The notes under the pieces were generated by a model, which worked only from the letters and a program-made list of their open reading frames with translations, searched no databases and had not been told where the DNA came from. A stretch of DNA of 14,765 nucleotides, taken from the NCBI GenBank assembly GCA_016748015.1, contig JAAOMT010000312.1, positions 1-14,765 of the forward strand, in the 5' to 3' direction. The DNA comes from Geosiphon pyriformis uo1 (lineage: Eukaryota > Fungi > Glomeromycota). The translations under genes and the position numbers were made by a program. Below are positions 1 to 7,091 of the stretch, in pieces; position 1 is the first letter of the stretch, and each line of letters opens with the position of its first letter.

Positions 1-101
1 AATAAAATTTATTTAATGTTTTTATGATTTAACAGAATTAAATTTTTTTCAAAATATAGCCTGTTCTTCAAAAGATTTGAAATCACTTTAGATTCATATA
101 A

Positions 102-326
102 ATTTATATTGAGTCTTGAAATATTAAAATTCATTTATATTGAATCTTGAAATATTAAAATTCATTTATATTGAATCTTGAAATATTAAAATTCATTTAT
201 ATTGAATCTTGAAATATTAAAATTCATTTATATCGAGTCTTGAAATATTAAAATTCATTTATATCGAGTCTTGAAATATTAAAATTCATTTATATCGAGT
301 CTTGAAATATTAAAATTCATTTATAT
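102..326. repeat. 31-bp minisatellite, ~7.3 copies
   Basis: The unit ATTTATATYGARTCTTGAAATATTAAAATTC starts at 102, 133, 164, 195, 226, 257 and 288, with a partial copy at 319-326. Variants in order: TTGAG x1, TTGAA x3, TCGAG x3. There are no spacers. Confidence 0.97.
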
Positions 327-1768
327 ACAAATTAATAAAAATATCTAATTTTTAATAAATTTTGTTAATAAAATTTTAAATCTATAAGAATATTTTTTCC
401 CTTTTTTTTAAAATTTTATTTTATTTTTTAACAAAAAATTAAATATCAAAAATACTTTTTCAGTATCATAAAAGGGAATATATAAATATATATACATATA
501 TATTTAAATCTTAAATTTTGATTAAAATAAAAATTTATTCAAAACATAAAACTTAAATCTTTTTCTTTTTTATTTTTATTTTTAATAATTTTGTAAAAGC
601 TTAACTGGTATAATTTTTACAAAATTTTAAACTTGTTTGTTAATTGTTTTATTTTTAATAAATGTATATATATATATTATATGCTTTCACTTTGATATTT
701 TATATATATAATATATATTTAATTAATATTTCTTATTTTTGTTTTTTTATTAATGATTTTTGCGAGATTAATGGGGTTTTTTTTAAATTTATCAAATTTT
801 TAACCATTATTATAAGTTAATAATAAAATTTTTCATATATATATTTCAAAATAAAAGTTAATTTTCTTAAAAAATACTTTTTTTTTATCAAATTTCATAA
901 TTTTTTAAGCATTATAAAATAACAATAAAGAATTGTTTTTTTTTCTCTTTATTATTTATTTATTTAGCAATTTTTTTTAAAATTTAAATTTATCATATCA
1001 TAAAAAATGCAACAACAATTAAAAATAAATCAAAAATTTTACAATTATTTTTTAAAAAAAACTTATTATTCTTAAATTTCGTAATAGCTAATTTTTTATT
1101 TAAAAAAAATATATTATAAAATTTTTACATAAATATATATTTCAATGAAAATAAGATGAAAATTTTATATTTGAAATTAACAAATTAATTCATTATTATG
1201 TTTCAATTTTTTGGTATTTTAAATATTTCAGAAATTCTTTTTTATCCAAAAAAAATATGAATTGTCAATTACATACAAATTTTGCAAAAAAAATCTTCAA
1301 CCTTTTGTAAAATACTCACTTCAAATTATAAAAAACAATGTAGACACTAATCTTTTAAAAAAAAATGAATGTAAATTTTCTTTTGATAAATGAAGGAAGA
1401 TAATTTTAATATCAAAAATAAATTCTTACAAATTTATAAATTTTTTGAATCAATTTTCTAATTTTCACATTCCAAAGATTAAATAATTAGCACAAAATTT
1501 TTGTAATTAAAACTTTAAGGAAAATCATTCAAACTTTCTCTTTATCAATAAATTTTAATCTCGATAATTTTTTTTTATAACTTTAAAATATTTTCTCATT
1601 GAAGCAATCAATAAATTTTTTAAAATTTATCTTGAACGATTTTAAATTCGCAAAAGAAATAAAGGTTTATGATACAAAAAATACAAGGTTCAAAATTAGA
1701 AATATTAATTTTTTAAATTTTGATTAAAGAGAATACTGCTGATATCAATTATATGAAAAATTTAGTTT

Positions 1769-1852
1769 AACTATTATAAATATTGCATAAAAATGAAATT
1801 TTCCTTTTTTAACTATTATAAATATTGCATAAAAATGAAAGTTTCCTTTTTT
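1769..1852. repeat. 42-bp tandem duplication (2 copies, 1 mismatch)
   Basis: AACTATTATAAATATTGCATAAAAATGAAA(T/G)TTTCCTTTTTT occurs at 1769-1810 and 1811-1852. Confidence 0.93.
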
Positions 1853-2194
1853 AGCTAGTTAAAGGGAGAGTTATATATTTCATTCAACGATAAAATTTTC
1901 TGATAAAAAGTTTTATCAACTTAGGTAAAAGATAATAGGCAAAATTGTCACAATCCAACATATTTATAGCTAAACTATTTTGTGTGGTTGATTTCGTTAC
2001 TCAAATATGGACCTATTTCATACAGTATTAAAACTATTTTTAGAGAATACCAAAAAGGGGCAGATTTAAAACCAGAAGAATCAGGTATTCTTTAAAATTA
2101 GAAGAATATTTAAGAATCTTGGAATAATTTTTTCAAAGATAATGAGAATTTCTAAATTAAATTTACAATTAAAATTACCTGCTTTAGATCATGC

Positions 2195-2221
2195 GGTTCC
2201 TTATAAGGAAAATTCATTCAG
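2195..2221. promoter_or_regulatory. Conserved upstream block containing a palindromic CArG box (MADS/SRF/Mcm1-type site)
   Basis: GGTTCCTTATAAGGAAAATTCATTCAG. The core TTCCTTATAAGGAA (2197-2210) is a perfect palindrome matching CC(A/T)6GG. The block is 25/27 identical to 5058-5084, which lies upstream of the paralogous gene. Confidence 0.6.
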
Positions 2222-2452
2222 AAAAAATCTAAACCTATGAAGGTTCTCAAAATATGTTGATGAATAAACCAGTTTTTGAGCTCATTTTGAATGATTACAG
2301 ATAATATTAACTGGAATTTAAACATTTGATTTATTCGATGAAAATAAAAGTTTAAAAAAAAACCGAATTTATAGCAATAAATATATTTCGAAAATTCACC
2401 GAATATTGAAAATTTATAAGGCTCAATACTCAGAGCTAAAATTTATCTCGAA

Positions 2453-2761
2453 ATTTTTTCCTCTTTGACCTCAAATACCTTTACCAGAATAATATCTTTA
2501 TACTTTCTGTTCTGCTTTATTTTTATTATTATAAATCTCAACCTGATTCACTCGTCACCCATCTTGCTCAAACGAGAACCTATTGTTGGCGTCACAATTG
2601 TTGTTGGCCGTACTGTGACAATGGTAATAATCTACCAAAAGGCAGGCGCTAAGTGCTGTTAGAAATATTAACAGAAGAAAGTGATTCCTAATTGTACTCA
2701 TTTACCTGAGAGATTACTACTGATTAAGTCTTTATATTGGAGTGAGACCAAACTAGTCTAA
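2453..2761 (+). pseudogene. Decayed secreted Cys/Trp-rich small protein or peptide precursor, paralog of the 62-aa peptide gene
   Basis: The frame reads (ATT)FSSLTSNTFTRIISLYFLFCFIFIIINLNLIHS-SPILLKR-EP. The leader aligns with MFRSSIKNTFPSSIFLYLLFGLALIISLNLVRA, with ATT where the paralog has ATG, and there is an in-frame stop upstream at 2417. A 1-nt frameshift at ~2580 gives YCWRHNCCWPYCDNGNNLPKGRR* (2581-2652). The original frame continues KCC*KY*QKKVIPNCTHLP... with stops. The 3' limit is uncertain. Confidence 0.65.
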
Positions 2762-5057
2762 AAAGTAATAATGAAGGTAAGAACTTGAGAATAGTTTTTC
2801 ATCTTTTAAAACTATTGGGAGTTGAGAGAGTAAAGATTTTAGTTCTTGCTTTTTTTTTTAAATTTTTTAATTAGAAACCAGTTAGCTTTCAATATAAATT
2901 AAAATTATATTAAATTTTTAAAATTCTTTACTATTGTAATAATTCTAATCCATATCCTGATCTACTATTACTACTTTGTAAAAGGACCCCCTTCAATATT
3001 ATATTTGAAGATATAAAGTTGCCCCCATTTTAAAATATTAAATTTATTTACAAATCAATGTTGAAATTCAATTTTTAATGGTTTCTACCAATTAAATTGA
3101 AATTATTTTCAAAAACGAAACAGGTTTGTAGGCAAATAAAAGCACGAATAAAAATATCGTGAACTAAAAATTTAATGTAATTCTCATTATATTTGATGAA
3201 TTTTAAAAATGGAAGAAACATTCCAAAATGATTTAAATTATGTTTAATGAGGGAAACCCAAAATTTTGCTTTTTATATGGATTAAATTTTTTGAAAAAGT
3301 TTTACGATAAATCTCTCAAACCTTGTTTCTTTCGATCAATTCCGGATAATTTTAATTAAGCTTTCAAATACCTGATTGAATAAATTTCCTTGTTTTGACT
3401 TACAACTATTACTTGGAAATAATACTTGATTGTTAACTATGAGGTCTATTTCCCTGATGTCATTCCTGAGACCTGATCTCAAATATAAACTCTTTCATAT
3501 AATACGGCATTCCGATTTTTTAGGACATGCGACTTTTTGTACATGTCCTTCCGACGGCTCTCCAGCCTGATGATAAATTCTCTTACACAAAATTTAATTC
3601 GGATTGTTATCTATAGAATGGGAATAACTTTGAAAATTGACACCTGGGATAAAATTTAAAAGTTTGAAAGAAAGGGAGTGTAAGTAATCAATCAGTTAAA
3701 AGCGAAATCGGTAAATTGAAAGTAAATAATAAAAGTTTAAAAGAGTCAAGCCAAACAGGAAATATAAAAATATTCTATTAGAAAAAATGGTTGTAATTAA
3801 TGAGTGAAATATTTTCAAAGTAGAAAATTTAGTGCAATATGTAATGAATTTTCGAATTAATTTATTGATGCTTGAAAAAATTTCTTTTGATTAAAAGCTC
3901 TAAGGCGGGTGCAAATTAGTCTTTTCATACATTTATTTACAAATTCTAAAATTAATTAGAGAAAATGAACCGGAAAACTAGTTTATATGTTACTTCTATT
4001 TTAGCAAACCTTTAAGTTTTTTAAAATCAAATTTCCTTATAAAGAATTACAATAGCTTATTATTCTGTATAATCAGTGACCCAAAATAGGAAAATTTCAT
4101 ATTAAATTTAAAATCTAAATTAAATTGGAAATTCTCATTATCATTATAAATAGAATTTAATAAACCTCAAAAAGTAAATTTTTTTGATATTCTCTGAAAA
4201 TTCATAAAAGCAATTTATTAAAAAAGGTTTTTAGTGGTTTAAACCTTTTGCTATTCAATAAAAGATTCTTATGTTCAGTTTTAAGTTTACCTAACCCTTT
4301 TTAGAATTTAAGGAACCTTTTCTTTGTATTAAACTTCCAAAAGTTTTGCATTATTTTAATCGAGAATTTTCGTTTATGTTTGTGATCTCAAATTTTTCAT
4401 TTATGGAAATAATCATTATAACTTTTATGCGACACTACTATATGTCCCCCCCCCATAGATTTTTAGCCTAACTGATTTGTAAAAACCGAATTAGGTAATT
4501 ATTATTCTCCCTATGAAACAATCAAAGTTTTTATAATCCTCTCTCAAAATTGGAAATATCCATTTTATAAGCCTAAATTTAAAGAGGAAATTTTCGAGAG
4601 GCTATTTTAGCAGCTCTTAAATTTTGTAATTGTCGAAGTTAGTGGAATTTCTTACTATTTTTAGAGAATTAGGTTTTAAATGTCAAAGATTTTTAGAAAA
4701 ATTGCTCAAGTTCTCACCTAAAAATTATTGTCATTAACGCTAGATAGGATTAATAACTTATTATCACTATGATCAAAAATTAAATTAATCCTCAAAAAGT
4801 TTTTATATCTAATGATATTATCAAACAATGTAAATTAGATGGTTTACTAATTTTTTGTTATAAAGCCTAAGTTATTGTTATCAAATAATTGATTTTTGAA
4901 ACTAGGAATACATTTAGTTTCTTCTATTTTTCAATTTCCAAATTTCTTATTTTAATAGTAGTCATGAATATAATTTCGCTTAATTTAGATTTTTTATTTT
5001 TACGCATGAAATTTATCTATTTTAAGCCTTTAACCATAATCATACTGAAGCCAAGGT

Positions 5058-5084
5058 GGTTCCTTATAAGGAAACTTGATTCAG
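5058..5084. promoter_or_regulatory. Conserved upstream block with palindromic CArG box, ~290 bp upstream of the peptide ATG
   Basis: GGTTCCTTATAAGGAAACTTGATTCAG contains the palindrome TTCCTTATAAGGAA at 5060-5073. It is followed by ATAAACCGGTTTTT (5110-5123), which matches ATAAACCAGTTTTT at 2264-2277. Confidence 0.6.
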
Positions 5085-5137
5085 GGCTTTGTTAGAATAT
5101 ATGCAGCATATAAACCGGTTTTTTTTATCTTGGCGGC

Positions 5138-5153
5138 TTCTAGATATCTAGAA
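5138..5153. other. Perfect 16-bp palindrome at the outer boundary of the 439-bp repeat
   Basis: TTCTAGATATCTAGAA is its own reverse complement. Its last base is the first base of the repeat. Confidence 0.9.
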
Positions 5154-5219
5154 ATTCTCCAACAGCAAATAAAATTTCTGAGATAATAAACGCTTGATTT
5201 TATTTTTTGGAAATAAAAG

Positions 5220-5227
5220 TATAAAAA
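5220..5227 (+). promoter_or_regulatory. Putative TATA box of the peptide gene (also present in the other two copies)
   Basis: TATAAAAG-like sequence (AAATAAAAGTATAAAAGA) ~135 bp upstream of the ATG. The aligned position in the pseudogene promoter (~2342-2358) reads AAATAAAAGTTTAAAAA. The AT-rich background weakens this call. Confidence 0.35.
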
Positions 5228-5357
5228 GACCAATTTTAACCTTCTCCAGGCTTTTAATCAAAAAGATTCTTTTAAAGAATCAATAAATCAATAAATCAGT
5301 AAATCAATTGAAAATTCATTATATAATAAACATTTATACTAAATTTTTAATTTAAAA

Positions 5358-5546
5358 ATGTTTCGCTCATCAATAAAAAACACATTCCCCAGTTCAATCT
5401 TCTTATATTTGCTCTTTGGCTTGGCTCTTATTATAAGTCTTAACCTGGTTCGCGCTGGTGATCCTATCCCAGGGGTCGGTAGAAAAAGTGGAAATCTTTC
5501 GGGTGGGGTTTACAATAAAAGAAGACTTAATGTTCGCACCCGATAG
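5358..5546 (+). CDS. 62-aa secreted prepro-peptide, copy 1 (possibly an assembly duplicate of copy 2)
   Basis: The ATG is in an AAAAATG context. A hydrophobic leader (IFLYLLFGLALIISLNLVRA) ends in V-x-A, followed by GDPIPGVG-RK-SGNLSGGVYN-KR-RLNVRTR*. GC is raised relative to the flanks. Confidence 0.55.
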   Translation: MFRSSIKNTFPSSIFLYLLFGLALIISLNLVRAGDPIPGVGRKSGNLSGGVYNKRRLNVRTR

Positions 5547-5591
5547 GAAAGAGAAATAGGGATAAGTGTTAAACAACTATCTTATCGGGAA

Positions 5592-5611
5592 NNNNNNNNN
5601 NNNNNNNNNNN
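5592..5611. other. Assembly gap (20 N)
   Basis: A run of 20 N lies between two identical 439-bp copies. Confidence 0.99.
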
Positions 5612-6050
5612 AATTCTCCAACAGCAAATAAAATTTCTGAGATAATAAACGCTTGATTTTATTTTTTGGAAATAAAAGTATAAAAAGACCAATTTTAACC
5701 TTCTCCAGGCTTTTAATCAAAAAGATTCTTTTAAAGAATCAATAAATCAATAAATCAGTAAATCAATTGAAAATTCATTATATAATAAACATTTATACTA
5801 AATTTTTAATTTAAAAATGTTTCGCTCATCAATAAAAAACACATTCCCCAGTTCAATCTTCTTATATTTGCTCTTTGGCTTGGCTCTTATTATAAGTCTT
5901 AACCTGGTTCGCGCTGGTGATCCTATCCCAGGGGTCGGTAGAAAAAGTGGAAATCTTTCGGGTGGGGTTTACAATAAAAGAAGACTTAATGTTCGCACCC
6001 GATAGGAAAGAGAAATAGGGATAAGTGTTAAACAACTATCTTATCGGGAA
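5612..6050 (+). repeat. 439-bp repeat, copy 2 (left arm of the inverted repeat around MSH4)
   Basis: Identical to copy 1. It continues into unique sequence AAGGCCTCGGCAACGG at 6051. Confidence 0.95.
5817..6005 (+). CDS. 62-aa secreted prepro-peptide, copy 2
   Basis: The ORF is identical to 5358-5546, with a signal peptide and dibasic RK/KR sites. Confidence 0.65.
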   Translation: MFRSSIKNTFPSSIFLYLLFGLALIISLNLVRAGDPIPGVGRKSGNLSGGVYNKRRLNVRTR

Positions 6051-7091
6051 AAGGCCTCGGCAACGGCATCTGGGAAATTGACCTTATAATATGTTTGATT
6101 GTAACAAATACTATAGTAAACAGGGAAAAAAAATTATGTTGGAAGTTTTTTATTAATATATGTTATATTTAAAATAAAATTTCAATAGCATAATTTTCAT
6201 TTTATTTGTATATTTTATTATTTAAAAATAAATTTTGATTATCAATTTTTAATTTCCGAATGCAAAATTTGTGTTGATAACCTATCTATATAAAACTCTT
6301 GCTTTGCTTGGCTTAAGCTTTTTTTGAGTCTCAATGAAAAAAAGTAGCAGATCGTAAGTTTTGGGTAAAGAACCAAGTAAAATTTTGCAAATAGACCTTT
6401 TGATATTTTAGCATCTTAAACCAAATATTTTCAATGTTAATTTTTTATTTTATGCTCTAAGAATCATTATACTCTCAATTTTTTTTAACTAAAGATGCTA
6501 AATACCAGTAAACAACGCATTTTCAAAAACAGCTTCGATTCTTGTCTGCTATTACAAAAAGCGTTTCTTGGTGTATTAGATTCCAATTTAGTAAATAAGA
6601 TTGACTCGAAATTTGAAAAAGATCTCTCAACAATACATTCAGTCAATTATAGTTATAGAGAAATTTTAATGTGAGACAAAAACAGTTTAATAAAAAGTTG
6701 TCTAAAATTTAATCCATTTACATTTGTTGTGATTACATACAAAACCTTTCATGTAAATAACTTAAATGTTAAAGTCTATAGCAAAAATTATCGATAATTG
6801 CTTACTTGCTATTGAGATGTATAAGCAGTTAGTATTTCCATTCAACTGTTAAGCTAAAAAAATTAGTTGAATTTATTCCATGAAAATCTTTCAACCATAA
6901 ATTACAATCATTGATTGGTTATAGGGTTAAGGTATTAAAATATAAAAGTTGAGTTTTTTGATAGATCCAATTACTAATTTTAGCGGGTATGATGCAAAAA
7001 GTATATTATATACTTTTCATCAATCTCCTTTTAGTTTTAATCAATTCACCTTTCATATTTTTTTCACTTTCTAACGCTTAAAACTCAAAAA

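Larger units (their letters stand above)
5153..5591 (+). repeat. 439-bp repeat, copy 1 (probably the same locus as copy 2, duplicated across the scaffold gap)
   Basis: Runs AATTCTCCAACAGC...CTTATCGGGAA. It is identical to 5612-6050 (offset 459) and to the reverse complement of 14327-14765, and it ends exactly at the N run. Confidence 0.95.

Noticed and set aside
102-326. CRISPR array
   Set aside because: The units are contiguous with no unique spacers, there are no cas genes, and the context is eukaryotic.
2641-2652. C-terminal amidation signals (G-R-R-stop here; G-R-K in the 62-aa precursor)
   Set aside because: Peptidylglycine alpha-amidating enzyme is generally absent from fungi, and the GRR end depends on an inferred frameshift. 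It is not supportable without a genome search.
2465-2662. Intact 65-aa TTG-start protein with a C-terminal CC prenylation motif (a-factor-like)
   Set aside because: A TTG start is implausible in this eukaryotic context, and the homologous start is ATT at 2453. A signal peptide plus prenylation is inconsistent. The Cys/Trp frame suggests the tail is out of frame.
3430-3660. Slightly GC-richer island with small stems (AGGACATG/CATGTCCT) and CTGA/TGATGA words: snoRNA or gene relic
   Set aside because: The C and D boxes are not in a convincing order with a terminal stem, and the frames I translated gave nothing recognisable.
4889-5095. 68-aa ORF
   Set aside because: It has a TTG start and the F/I/L/K-rich translation typical of AT-rich non-coding DNA, and it overlaps the putative promoter.
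5153-6050. A genuine tandem duplication of the peptide gene (three real copies)
   Set aside because: The copies are identical and abut a 20-N gap. The contig ends coincide exactly with both ends of the 439-bp unit, as does the window end. This is the signature of a collapsed repeat node written on both sides of a scaffold join. Two real copies is more parsimonious, and read depth or long reads would decide.
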